Origin: Pelagomonas calceolata
Taxonomy: Eukaryota
Reading direction: 5' to 3'
DNA: 64,000 bases
Assembly: GCA_918797485.1 (NCBI GenBank)
Contig: CAKKNE010000003.1
Coordinates: forward strand, 3,844,001 to 3,908,000
The notes under the pieces were generated by a model that worked only from the letters and a program-made list of their open reading frames with translations, was not told the DNA's origin and did no database searches. This document shows positions 33,532 to 44,475 of the stretch, in pieces. A program made the position numbers and the translations under genes. Within the stretch, counting starts at the first letter, position 1. Every line of letters starts with the position of its first letter.

Positions 33532-36500
33532 ATGCTCGCCTTCTTCGGCTTCGGCAGCAGCACTAGCGACGACACCGAGGCCCCGGCGCCCGCTCCGTCA
33601 ATGCTCGACGCTCTGCTCGGCACGCCCACGAAGCCAGCAGACGAGATCGACACGCTCGCGGCATTGCACACGAAATTCCGGGACGACCTCGCTAGTGCGC
33701 CCCTAGATGATTTGAGAAAGGCGGCGAACGAGGCCGCTTCTTTATCTGCAAACGATAGGGCGGCCGGAGGGTGGCGGCTCGACGCGGCGGCGCGCTTGCG
33801 GGCCGAGCCCGAGGTCGAAAACCGCATCAGGGACGAGTCCGAGACCTACGGCGGCTTCTCGCCATTCTCGCCGCCGCGCGAGGCCTGGCGCGCGTACGCC
33901 TCTCCACTGAATGACTCGCCGGGCGCTCTCAGGCGAGATTCTCCGACATCGAAAGCACGTGTGACCCAAGTGGACGGCAAGCGCTGGGGCGAGCTGCGCG
34001 TCTTCCCCTCGGATGACGCTCTGACGCCGTCGCGGTGGCGCGTGGCGAACGCCGACGCTGATGGCTTCGACGAAGTGGGCGATACACCACCAGTGCGCGA
34101 GGGCACACTGAAAAACTGCATTGTGCATTTCCTGGATGGCTCGCACTTGACCGTGGGCGTAGCTAGACATGACCGGTGCTCGGACGTTATTGGCGCGGTC
34201 GCTTCCCGACTAGGTATCGGCCCCCGCGCGTCTGGTGCATTAGCTTTATATGCGGGCAGAGGCGACGCATCTAGAGGTAGATCTAGACTGGAGCGACGAG
34301 TGCCCCCACATGCGGCCATGCTGCCGCTTTGTGATACACAACGAGTCGCGTTGATCTTGGCCGTTCGACTATTTACGGCGCCGTTGCACGACGCCGCACT
34401 AAGAGCTCTACGCGGCTCACAGACCGCGTCGCGAGAAGACCAGGCCGTCGGGCGACTCGTCCTCGCGCAGACGACGGCCCAAGTGATGAGAAGAGGCTAC
34501 GCGCGCCTACCGCGACTCGTCGCGAGATCACCAAGTAGAGCATCATCGTCGTCGTCCTTCGCCCTGTCACCTCTATCTCATTTGTCGGACAGCGAGAGCG
34601 ATAGTGATGACGACGACGTTGATGTGTGGGGGAGTGTTGCTGCATCCGGCAAATTGGCGGCGCCGACGCGGTTGCGACTAGGCGCTCTACGATTGTGGTC
34701 GCGAGCGCGAGATGTGACATCGAGGAGTGGCGGCGACGAAGTCGAGGCCTGCCATGCGTTAGTCAGAGATCTTGGTTTGCAACCCTTCTGTCCCGTGCCG
34801 CTACCTTCTCCATCAGAGCTGTTGGAAGAAGTAACACAGTTACTACGACGACGGGACCAGCTCGCGTCCTTCGCGCCCGACGAGTCCGACGACGCGACGG
34901 CCGACGTCGACCTGGAGATCGAAGGGGCCGACAGCTTGTTGAGGCACGATACGCCCGAGGCCTCGTACGTCGAGCTGCTCGCTCGATCACCGTTCCACGG
35001 CGCGACGTTGTTTGGCGGTGTGGATGATGCGAGGTTGGCCATTTCGCGGCGGGGCTGCGCCGTGCTCACGGGCGACGGCGCCGCGCGCGAGCTCGACGTC
35101 CCGCTCGACAGCGCGAGGCGGTGGCGCGTCATCAACCACTCTCTACTTTTAGAGAGAGAAACACCGGTCCAGAAGTGGCCCTTACAGTGTTCGAGGATCG
35201 CGAGAGATCCCGCGGCGCCGCAACCATCTTCATGGTACTCGCCACCGCCAACACCAACACTCAAATCCCCGAAGCCGCCGCCGATAACAAAACACGTCTG
35301 CGGCGTCGATGCGACGCAGGGCGCGCCCGGCGGCGCGGCCGAGGCCTGTGCCCTCCTCGACGACTATGCTCTCTGTGACTTGGCCGAGAGTCCGCCAGCT
35401 TTTGGGTGGGAGTCGCCGGACGCCCAGGGCCGGACGGCCGCCGACCGGAAGAACGACCGGCGGCAGGCCGAGCTCCAAGGCGAAAGTAGGGAGGAGGCTC
35501 TGCGGCGAGAGAAAGCTAGTGCACCTTTGTTCGGTGGTTTTTATGATGCTTTAGTTGCCGCGGTCGTCCGGCCACCTCGCTTCGAATATGATCCTCGCTT
35601 GCTAGGACCGTCGTCGTTCAGCTTCGGGGGCAGGAGGTACCACCGCCACGATATAATAATTGAAAACGAAAGAGGTCTAAGGTTGCACGGCTCGCACTGG
35701 CGGTCTTGTGACGAAGAGCGGTGCCCCTGTGTCGTTTTTGGCCACGCCAACTCCGCAAGTAGGGCGCAGGCCTGCCACTACCTTTCCTTGGTTTTGGGAC
35801 TGGGGTGTTCGTTGTTCGCTTTTGACTGTGCTGCCTCAGCGTGAAGAATGAGCTTCAACTTGATGCCGCGTCGCGTTGACGACGTCGATGCGGCCGCATG
35901 AGAGTCTACGCGTCTCGCGGCCGTGTCGCGACGCCGTCGTTCGACGCAGGTGCCGGGAGCGGGCTGAGCGACGGGGCCTTCGTCACGCTAGGGTACCGGG
36001 AAGCGCGAGATGTCCGATGTGTGCTCGAGTGGCTCTCGAAGCGGAAAGATGTCTCAGCTTTAGCTTTATGGGGCCAGAGCATGGGTGCTGCTCTGTGTGG
36101 AAATCAACCAGTGCGTCGGGTGCGCTGGCTCCGTCGAGCGGTGAGGAACCGGCATCGCCACGCCATCGAGCAGGCGTGAACGCGCCGTGAAATTTTGATT
36201 TCCACACAGGTGCTGCTGCGGCGTTGTACTACCAAGGGTTTGCGGCACAAGAGTCGGGCGTCTGGCCTTCACTAAGCTGCGTCGTGCTCGACTCTCCTTA
36301 CTCCGATTTTACGGAGCTGGCCGCGCACGTGGCCTCCGAAAGGAAAGCAGTGTTCGGCGGCTTTTCGCTGCCGAAGTTCGTCCTCGATTTACTACTAGCA
36401 TCATTAGATGCTTCGGTCGACGCTCGGGCGGGTCTCAGGCCGACGCAGCATTTATCCCCAGTGAAGCATGCTCCACACTGCGACGCGCCGGCGCTGTTCG

Positions 36501-36835
36501 TGCGCGCGCGGCGCGACCCGCTGATCGCGCAAGAGCACGTGGAATCGTTGGCCAAGAAGTACAAGGGCCCGCGCACGTTAGCCTTGGTCGAGGGCTCGCA
36601 CTCGTCGCCGCGCGACGTGGACGCGCGTCGGTTCGTGGCTCGCTTCCTGGCGAGGCACCTGCCGCTGCCGCCCATCGCCAAAAGACCACCGTCCGCGACC
36701 GCGGAGCGCCACCTGCAGTGCGCGCCCTGGTCGCGCGTTCGCACGGAGTTCGCGACGCCATCACCTAAGTCGCGGTCGCGGTCCATGCCGCCGCAACCGT
36801 CTTCGCTCGACTCGTCGCCGGCGTCGCCGCGGTGA
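33532..36835 (+). CDS. FERM-like domain fused to an alpha/beta-hydrolase; exons 33532-35827, 35950-36084, 36210-36835
   Basis: VHFLDGS and YVELLARSPFHGATLF (FERM-like); FDCAGSGLSDG, GQSMG nucleophile, DPLI, GSH. Confidence 0.75.
35828..35949 (+). mobile_element. Introner-like intron, GYGCTGACTCAG family (122 nt)
   Basis: GTGCTGCCTCAGCGTGAAG 5' end; interior GCGGCCGCA(C/T)GAGAGTCTACG shared with intron 12056. Confidence 0.8.
36093..36209 (+). mobile_element. TIR introner (MITE); intron 36085-36209
   Basis: Perfect 15-bp TIR CTGTGTGGAAATCAA/TTGATTTCCACACAG; 8-bp TSD GTGCTGCT. Confidence 0.95.
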
Positions 36836-36920
36836 TCTTTTTGGTAAGTTAGTACAGTAGTTCTTACGCGGCCTGCCCCGACGCCTGTTCTGTCACGGTC
36901 TACTAGTGACTTGAATTGAA

Positions 36921-39011
36921 TTACGGCGGCGCCAGCTTCTCGACATCTGGGTCGCCGCGCACGGTCCCTTCGTCCCGTGGGTCGGCGCCCTCCGTACTAG
37001 CTGGCTCGCCGCTGTACGCGTCCGATGACCGGCGCGACACGGGAGCGCTGCCGCCGTCCTGCCGGGGCGGCCGGCCGTCGCCGTCCGAGCGCCTCCGCGG
37101 CGGCGGGTCCTCGTCGGGGGGCGGCGTCCGCGGCGGCGAGCGCTTCTTCCGGCGCGCGGAGGGCGTATCTGGCCCACCTGGCCGCCGCGGAGAGTCGCCT
37201 CGCGGCGGCGTCCGCGGCGGCGACTTATTCCGCCGCGGCAGCTCCGTCTCGCGCCCGGCGAGGAGCTCCGCGGCCCGGTCCTGCGCGGCCTCGGTCCGCG
37301 GCGTCCCGCGCCGCGACTGCAGCGGCGTCGGCGTGTCCGGTTGCCCCGGAAACCTAGCTGGAGGCTCGTCGTCGACGTCGGCCAAAGCGACGGCGGTAGC
37401 TAATTCGCGCGCCGAATCCTCGACGGCGTCCAATCTTTCGGTCAAGTGTTGCCAAACGTGCTTCAGGCGGCGCACGTGCAAAGCCTCGAAGCCGTCATTT
37501 ATAACGTATTGGTTCGCCGAATTCGTGTTGGCGCCCCTCCCGCCCGACACGCTCTGGAAGCGCGGATCACTCATACCACCAGAGCGGGCCGCGCCCCACA
37601 GCCCGGCCGTGGGGTTCGCGGCGGCGTTGACGACCTGTGTGCAACTCCATTTCACGGGCGCCCACGCCATCGACGCGACGATAACCTAGTTGATTTCCGC
37701 GCAGGTGACGACGTTCGCGTGGAACGGAAATAGGGGAGAGCCCGGCTTGCAGCAGTACACGAGTAGAGCCTGCACGAGGAACTCCGCGACGACGAGACAC
37801 CCGTCGAAGGCCATGTCTTTATCTGCGGGACGAGCTACGGTCGCGGCGATGAGCGCCACGGGCCAGACCGCGCTCCACCCGACGATCAGGCCGAACAGCA
37901 CCTGGTAGAACTCTCTTTTTGATGCCATGAATCTATCTGATTGCTGGAGCAGTCTTGCAATGACGATGGCGCCGGCGACGACGCGCAGACCGACCAGACC
38001 CCGCCCCGGCGCCGTCTCTCGTAGTGACGGCGACGTCGAGTGCTTGTAGGTAGAGACGTACCTGCGCGGCGCGACGCCGTCGAGGCGACCCCGTCAAGCT
38101 CGAGTTCATTTTCGGCGCCGCGTCCCGTACCAGCCCCAGATGCATGCCGCCGCTATACTATAAGTCGTGATCAGTAACGCGACGCGGATGCGGCCCCGGA
38201 CGGCTATTTTTCGGCGAACAATCCGCCAGCCCTCGGCACATAAAGCCAGCGCTAATAACACGCCGCAGTCCGCGACCAGTGAAAACGCCATCGCCGCGTT
38301 TACGAGCTTCGGCGCGCCCTTGCCGTCGTTCGCGTAGATGGCGTGGTGGAGCATCCTAAACCATATAGACAGCGCCGCGACCCACACGCTCCTCATCAAA
38401 ATTCGACACGTCGCGTGCCTTTTGTCCTCTCGTACTAATAAACCTTCGACCGCACATGACAACCCAACAAAGAGCGCATACAATGCCGCGAACACGCCGT
38501 ACAACACGTTCGCGCCCCGCTCGTCGCGGCCGTGCTCGGACGCTCCATCTCGGAAGGTCATGTCGTATTCCACTTCAACAGGACCGTAGCACCGCTTCGA
38601 AAACTCCGCATTGCAGGAAAACTGGTCCACACAAATGGCGTTGCACGACGCGTTGAAGTTCGCTATTACAATATGCACGAAGGTCTGGCCCGACTCGACC
38701 GCGAACTTCAAACTACCGGAAGAAGTGGTACCAGGCGCGAGCACGACCTCGGAATCAGCTCGCTCGAAGCGCTTCTGCAGGCTCATGGCCTGGTAGGCCT
38801 TCTTGTCGACCTTCTCTCGGAAACTCTTCTGGTCTTTACTGCCGTAGATGTACATCCGCGTGCCGCCCGTCGTTTTTACGGAGTAGTCTAGTGTGCTTCG
38901 CCCTTCAAAGCAGAACCTTTCAACGACGACCCAGGGCTCTCGTCGTTGGATCTTGGTCCTGCCCGTGCGGTAGGCGCTTCCTACGGTGAGGAGGAGGAGG
39001 AGGGTGCGCAT
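36921..39011 (-). CDS. GPR180/TMEM145-family 7TM protein; exons 39011-38131, 38061-37713, 37634-36921
   Basis: Signal peptide, WVVVERFCF, IVIAN, YANDGKG, GWRIVRRKI, multiple TMs; exons sum in frame. Confidence 0.8.
37635..37704 (-). mobile_element. Degenerate TIR introner; intron 37712-37635
   Basis: CTGCGCGGAAATCAA ... GCACACAG; TSD GTCGTCAC/GTCGTCAA. Confidence 0.8.
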
Positions 39012-39488
39012 GCTGTGGCTTCTGTGGTGTCTGCAGCGGTGCCGTCGTCGAGCTAGGGGTGCGGGCGAGTTATGACCGCATGGCTGCGGCTGCCCGACGG
39101 CGTACTATGCGCGTCCCAGGCGTGCACGCGTCGTTGTTGGAGCAGTTTGGCAGAATGGCGTGCCGGGTTTCTCTGCGTCTTCCAGCGCGGCTCTTTGGCG
39201 CACGGGCCCGTTTGGAGACGTCTCCCGAAGAGTCCTGGGGAGTATTTCGGGCTTCGGGTACATTGCGCGATGACTCGATCTCACAGCTTTTGTCGAGCTG
39301 GAGCATATTGCATCGGCCTGCAGCCAGCCACGCTGCATTACAGGTCCTGCTCTGTGCCGGAAGCGCATCTATACACCGTACCTCAACAGCGGTGCATCGA
39401 TTCCAGCGCCCCGCAACGGCGTACACTGATACACCACTGACCACACACGCCAAAGCCGAGCTCGCAACGCTCCGCCTAGACAGCAACA

Positions 39489-40586
39489 ATGCTCAGACGC
39501 CTGACACTGCTCCTGAGCGGCGCCGCGGCCTTCGTGGCGCGGCCGTCGTTACGCGTTGTAAAACAAAAACGCACGACGCCGCAGATGGTCCTCGCGCCCG
39601 CCGCCGCGCAAGTTGTGAGAGTAGGAATCCCGACGGTCGTCGCCGCCGTCGCCGGTGTTTTGATCAAGCAGCGCCTGGACCGACCGAGCCGACCGTACGA
39701 AGACGGTTCAGTGGGACGAGAGTACGACGCCTGGACAAGAGAAGGCATTCTCGAGCACTACTGGGGCGAGCACATCCACCTAGGGTACTATACGGACGAC
39801 GAGCTCGACCGAAAATGGTTCGGCTCGAAGTCTCTAGGCTTCCTGAAGAAGAATTTTATTGAGGCCAAATATAACTTCACACAGCGTATGTTGGATTGGG
39901 GCGGTATTACTGGCATGCAGAACGCCAAAATCCTAGATGTAGGATGTGGTATTGGCGGGACGACGCGCTACATGGCCAACCTGTTACCCAATTCTAACAT
40001 TACGGGCATCACGTTATCCCCGGAGCAGGCCAAAAGAGCCACGGACCTCGCTGCCGAAAGAAATGTCCCGAACGCCCAGTTCCAGGTCATGGACGCGCTG
40101 GCCATGGACTTTCCGGACAGTTCCTTCGATGTGGTCTGGGGCTGCGAGAGCGGCGAGCACATGCCGGACAAAAAAAAGTATGTGCAAGAAATGGCGCGCG
40201 TCCTAAAACCGGGCGGCAAGATGGTGATTGCCACCTGGTGCCAGCGCGACAATTCGACCCAGTCCTTCACGGAAGAAGAGGAGAAATCTTTAGATTTTCT
40301 TTATTCCGAGTGGACGCACCCGTACTTCATCAGCATCAAGGACTACGCCGACTTACTAAATGGGAACGGCATGAAAGCCGTGGAGACGGACGACTGGTGG
40401 AAAAATACCATAGCTTCCTGGCGCCACTCGATCTGGGTCGGCGTCTTCGACCCGTGGCCCGTGGTCCGGGCCGGGCCGCGCATGTGGTGGAAGTGTCTCA
40501 GAGATGGCATTTGTCTCGAAAGGATGCACCGGGCCTTCGACCGCAAACTCATGGCCTACGGCATGATCCGGGGGGTCAAGGCCTAA
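39489..40586 (+). CDS. Plastid-targeted MPBQ/MSBQ (cyanobacterial-type) or gamma-tocopherol methyltransferase
   Basis: Bipartite presequence (AAAFVARP), YDAWTREGILEHYWGEHIHLGYY, LDVGCGIGG, ESGEHMPDK. Confidence 0.85.
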   Translation: MLRRLTLLLSGAAAFVARPSLRVVKQKRTTPQMVLAPAAAQVVRVGIPTVVAAVAGVLIKQRLDRPSRPYEDGSVGREYDAWTREGILEHYWGEHIHLGYYTDDELDRKWFGSKSLGFLKKNFIEAKYNFTQRMLDWGGITGMQNAKILDVGCGIGGTTRYMANLLPNSNITGITLSPEQAKRATDLAAERNVPNAQFQVMDALAMDFPDSSFDVVWGCESGEHMPDKKKYVQEMARVLKPGGKMVIATWCQRDNSTQSFTEEEEKSLDFLYSEWTHPYFISIKDYADLLNGNGMKAVETDDWWKNTIASWRHSIWVGVFDPWPVVRAGPRMWWKCLRDGICLERMHRAFDRKLMAYGMIRGVKA

Positions 40587-40618
40587 GGAGACCTAAACTT
40601 ACGTCGGGGTGTGGGGGG

Positions 40619-42034
40619 CTAGCCGGCCTTCTTCGCGAAGAAACAATCCGAGGCGGCGCAGCCGGGGTCGCGATGCCAGTGGTCGACAAGATCAGGATCA
40701 CTGTCGTTGAGAAAAGCGCCGGCGAACCCATTCGTCGGGTGGCCGTTGACGTATATCCGCGTGCGCGTTCCGCACATGCATCCCGGCAAACCCAGAATCC
40801 AAATGAGCCCCGACTCCTCGTACTGGTCCTGGTTGAGCGCCTTCTTCTTTGTGCAGAGAAAGGACGTAAACGGCCAAAGCGCCACGAACGGATTGAAACC
40901 GATGCCGCACCACTTGCCCGCGAGGTCCCTCGTCTCGACCTTGTGGAACGCCCGTTTCTGCGAGGTCCGGCGTTTTTTGTAGCAACCGTTGGCAGTTCCG
41001 TCAGCCGAGAACGTCATTAAATTACTGTTCGGATCCGGGTTGAACGGCGGGTTCTGCGAGTTGAGAAATGCATTGGTGCCCGGGTTGCGCGTCCGGACCG
41101 CGCCTTCCGCTACCGGTCCGATACAAGGAGGAAAAAATACACAGCCCGTACGCCACGTCTCGATTGTGTCGGCTCCGAGCGGCACCACGGTCATCGAGTT
41201 GCAAAAACAAAACGGAGCAAGACACGGGGCGAAATAATCTCCGCTAATCTCGTCCGTGCTCAGCAGCCCGTCGCGCCGCGGGCCGGTGTAGAGTTCCTCC
41301 GGCGCGGGCGGCGGCGGGCGACCGGCCCACTTCCATGGGTCGAGGCCTCGGCTCGGCAGCGTGACGCGGTAGACCGCTATTTGGTCCCAAGCTCTGTCCT
41401 GGACAATATCGTCGACGACGCCCTCGAAGTCGGCGAAGCGGATGTTTTCATGCATTGTTTGGTCGCCACCCCCCCTTCGCCCATATACACCATATCGACC
41501 ATATTTTGTAGACGCCGTCCCGGCGACAGAGCCGTGCCGCTGATAGCTCGTGTCGTCCGGGCTGGCGGACCAGGAAAAGCCCCAAACTGTTACTCTCCGG
41601 CGGTTATTATCAGTGCCTCGTATCTCCGAGAAGTAGCTGATCGCGAGAATGCCGCTCGACGCATTAGTCCGCACGAGCTCGTCGACGAGCCGGCCGAGGG
41701 CGACGCGGACCATGGTTTCTCTGTTTCTCTCAGCTTTGCACTTGTCACGCGAGGGATCCTCGGCTTCAAGCTTGATGGGCATTGCGCGGTCGTCGCGTTT
41801 CTCGTTCCAGCGCCCGAGGGACTCGAGCGAGCCGCGGCCGCCTTCGTCGGCCAGCCCGTCGAGCATGGCCAGGGTCTGGTCGACGACGCCGCGGGCCGCG
41901 CCGCCGGAGGAGGCCCCGGGCTGCGCCGTGACCACGCCCACGACCACGCCCGACGCCGGCGCGGGCTGCTCCGTGACCACGCCCACGACCACTCCCGACG
42001 CCGCGGGCTGCTCCTCCACCGGGACCACCCGCAT
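40619..42034 (-). CDS. Hypothetical protein with N-terminal peptide repeats and a duplicated Cys-rich C-terminal unit
   Basis: EQP(AP)ASGVVVGVVT repeated at about 41920-42015; two RTR...TN(A/G)F units. Confidence 0.65.
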   Translation of the reverse strand: MRVVPVEEQPAASGVVVGVVTEQPAPASGVVVGVVTAQPGASSGGAARGVVDQTLAMLDGLADEGGRGSLESLGRWNEKRDDRAMPIKLEAEDPSRDKCKAERNRETMVRVALGRLVDELVRTNASSGILAISYFSEIRGTDNNRRRVTVWGFSWSASPDDTSYQRHGSVAGTASTKYGRYGVYGRRGGGDQTMHENIRFADFEGVVDDIVQDRAWDQIAVYRVTLPSRGLDPWKWAGRPPPPAPEELYTGPRRDGLLSTDEISGDYFAPCLAPFCFCNSMTVVPLGADTIETWRTGCVFFPPCIGPVAEGAVRTRNPGTNAFLNSQNPPFNPDPNSNLMTFSADGTANGCYKKRRTSQKRAFHKVETRDLAGKWCGIGFNPFVALWPFTSFLCTKKKALNQDQYEESGLIWILGLPGCMCGTRTRIYVNGHPTNGFAGAFLNDSDPDLVDHWHRDPGCAASDCFFAKKAG

Positions 42035-42289
42035 CTCGCTGCGGCACCGTCTGCGCAAGCGGCACGGCTGCCGTAACAGCGACCAACGCCGCCCTACCGG
42101 GCGGCCAACAGAGCCGCTCCGCTCGGCGTTTAACAAGGGCGCTGGCGCCTCTGCTGTTCTGGGGCAGCACCTGGCGGCGCTGCGCGCCCCCAGATCTTTC
42201 CACCGCCGCGGACGGAAGAAGGCTCAACGAGTCGTGTCATGATTCCCCGGGCGACTGGACCAGGGTGCTCGAGCAGTCTAGGCTCAACG

Positions 42290-43078
42290 TTAGAATATCG
42301 TTAGGACCTCCTCCTCGACACTACACGGAAACGCCCGGATGCGCTGGCACAGGTCCGTATGCGACGACGACGCCTCGGCCGAACACCGCTCCGAGCAGAA
42401 GAAAGCACAAGCGCAGACACAAGCCGGCGCCCCCGGCCGGCCGCACGTGAAGCACCGCTGCTTCACCAAAATGGACACGCCGCAGAAGGACCGCTGGCAC
42501 TGGAAGGCCAGCTCGCATAGGGAATTTCGCTCGTCGTCGTCGTGTCGCAACTGCACCAGCGCGTAGTCGTTGCCCCGGATGCGGCGCGGCGAGACGCAGA
42601 CGACGCGCAAATTGTGCTGATAATATCGCAACAACTGGGACGTGTACTCCGACGCGTTGTACGCGTCGAAGGCCTTGTCGCGTGCATGGTAGTAGAGAGC
42701 CAGGGTGTCGGGGTCCCGACTCCCGTCGAACTCCGCCAAGAGCTGGTGGTGCCTTTCTAAAGTCTTCGGTTCCCGTTGTACTTCGTCCACTAATTGTAAA
42801 TTGCCCCGTTTCACGGCGAGTTTGCGGCCGCTGCCGTCGAGCGCGACGGCCCAGCGCCCGTCGCTCGGTTCGCCCAGCGTGCCGAGCTTGCCGTTGTGCT
42901 GCTTCGCGGCCTTGAGGCCGACGACCTTGACGCGCGCGCCCTGTTTCCAGCGCGGATCGACGGGCTCTTTTGGAATACACTCGGCCGCGTGGTCGCCGAG
43001 CGCTTCCAGGCTCGGGAAGCCCGGCGTCTTGCACGTGGGGCACGTGAAGGGGCGGTCGTTCAGGTCTAACGCTGCCAT
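42290..43078 (-). CDS. C2HC zinc finger + KOW/SH3-like + MYND-like protein
   Basis: CPTC...HAAEC; GARVKVVGLKAAKQHNG; CFTC..CVCACAFFCSERC..H...C. Confidence 0.7.
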   Translation of the reverse strand: MAALDLNDRPFTCPTCKTPGFPSLEALGDHAAECIPKEPVDPRWKQGARVKVVGLKAAKQHNGKLGTLGEPSDGRWAVALDGSGRKLAVKRGNLQLVDEVQREPKTLERHHQLLAEFDGSRDPDTLALYYHARDKAFDAYNASEYTSQLLRYYQHNLRVVCVSPRRIRGNDYALVQLRHDDDERNSLCELAFQCQRSFCGVSILVKQRCFTCGRPGAPACVCACAFFCSERCSAEASSSHTDLCQRIRAFPCSVEEEVLTIF

Positions 43079-43544
43079 CGCTTGCGCGCTTGCGCTGCGT
43101 CGACGGCGTGCCGCAGCGTGCAAGGGCTTGTACGCGTGCTTATTGGCGCTGGCGGTGCGCTTTCTGGCCACAGGACTCGAAAATGAGGTCAGATGGACTG
43201 CTTCGCGAGTTGTGTGGCCAGCACAATGCCGTGCAGGCTCTGTGAGGCCAAAAAACACAAAAAATGTGCCGGAGAGCCTTTTTGCGCTTGATTCGGGTTC
43301 TGTGGGTTCGGGTTCTGTGGGTCACTTTTGGTCACTTCGCGTTTGTACTGCGCTCCGCCGTGCCCAGTAACGACGCGCGAACACACAATCAAACTCCTCC
43401 TCCCTCCGCGCCAATTTCGCGTCGCGGGGGCCCTCTCAAATTGCAATTTGAGTCTCAGTTTTGACTCTCAATTGAGTTACTGGGTCCATCGACATCAATC
43501 ATGCCGCCGCGTCGCCCAACAAGAACACGCCGCGTCGCAGGTCC

Positions 43545-43897
43545 ATGGCGATTGCCGCGATCGCCGCCGTCCCCTTCGTGCTCTGCTGTGTGGAAATCAA
43601 CCAGTGCGTCGGGTGCACAGTGCACCCGACAATTCTTCACGAAGTCATTTCTCGGCGATGACGCGGCCGTCCTGGCTCGCTCGAGCGGCGAGGAACCGGC
43701 ATCGCCACGCCATCGAGCTGGCGCTGCGTCGATGGCGTGGAGGACGACGCGATGATTCAGCACGAACGCGCCGTAAAATTTTGATTTCCACACAGGTGCT
43801 CTGCGCCGCGGCCGCGACGAGCGTGACGCTGAGCCTCGCCATGTGCTTTGGCTTCGACCCCGCCAAGACCGTAGAAAGCTACTTCCCCTGCTGCTGA
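43545..43897 (+). CDS. Putative 44-aa hydrophobic microprotein/uORF; exons 43545-43577, 43796-43897
   Basis: Removing the introner gives MAIAAIAAVPFVLCAAAATSVTLSLAMCFGFDPAKTVESYFPCC*. Confidence 0.45.
43586..43795 (+). mobile_element. TIR introner, longest copy (210 bp); intron 43578-43795
   Basis: Perfect 15-bp TIRs; TSD GTGCTCTG; interior blocks shared with the 36093 copy. Confidence 0.95.
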
Positions 43898-43898
43898 G

Positions 43899-44474
43899 AT
43901 GGTCCGCGTGAAGAAACGACCCCGCGAGGGCCACACCCGGCCGCTCGGTGAACCGGCGTACAAAACCGAATTGGCTCGCGTCCACATTGTCGAGCGGTAT
44001 CCGCCGGCTCTGACGCCGCCGCGGCCCCCGCGCCGACCTCGCGCAACGCGTGAGTCGCGCGAATGTTGGGAGAACACCGCGGACCGACACTGGGTCACGG
44101 GCGTCGGCTGGAAGCCGGGGCCGAAGCCCGCGGCCGGCGAGTCGCGGACCGCGCGCGCGACGCGCCCAAATGGAGATCCCCGGCGCCGGCCGGCGCCGAC
44201 GCGTGGCCCGGAGGATCCCGACCGCAGGGGCCGCGCGACGAAGAAGCCGCGGGCAGCACAGTCCAAGTTCGCCGTCGGCCGCGTCGTCGCCGAGGCCGCG
44301 GAGCCGCACAGCGCCCTGGAGGTTGTGGCCGTCGCGGACGGCCTCTACACGCTCCGCTACCGCACGGACGACGCCTGGCGCGGCCACGAGATCACGCGCG
44401 CCGCGGACGAGCTCGTCCCGTTCGGATTCCTCCCCAAGCGGGCGAAGCCGACGACGAATTACCGCGAAGCCTAA
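43899..44474 (+). CDS. Hypothetical basic protein, possible small beta-barrel at C-terminus
   Basis: ATG ORF of 191 aa; KFAVGRVV...LEVVAV.DGLYTLRY. Confidence 0.5.
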   Translation: MVRVKKRPREGHTRPLGEPAYKTELARVHIVERYPPALTPPRPPRRPRATRESRECWENTADRHWVTGVGWKPGPKPAAGESRTARATRPNGDPRRRPAPTRGPEDPDRRGRATKKPRAAQSKFAVGRVVAEAAEPHSALEVVAVADGLYTLRYRTDDAWRGHEITRAADELVPFGFLPKRAKPTTNYREA

Positions 44475-44475
44475 G

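Noticed and set aside
43484..43540. Possible 57-nt 5'UTR intron bounded by GGTCCAT repeats
   Set aside because: No reading-frame constraint is available to support it; left uncalled.
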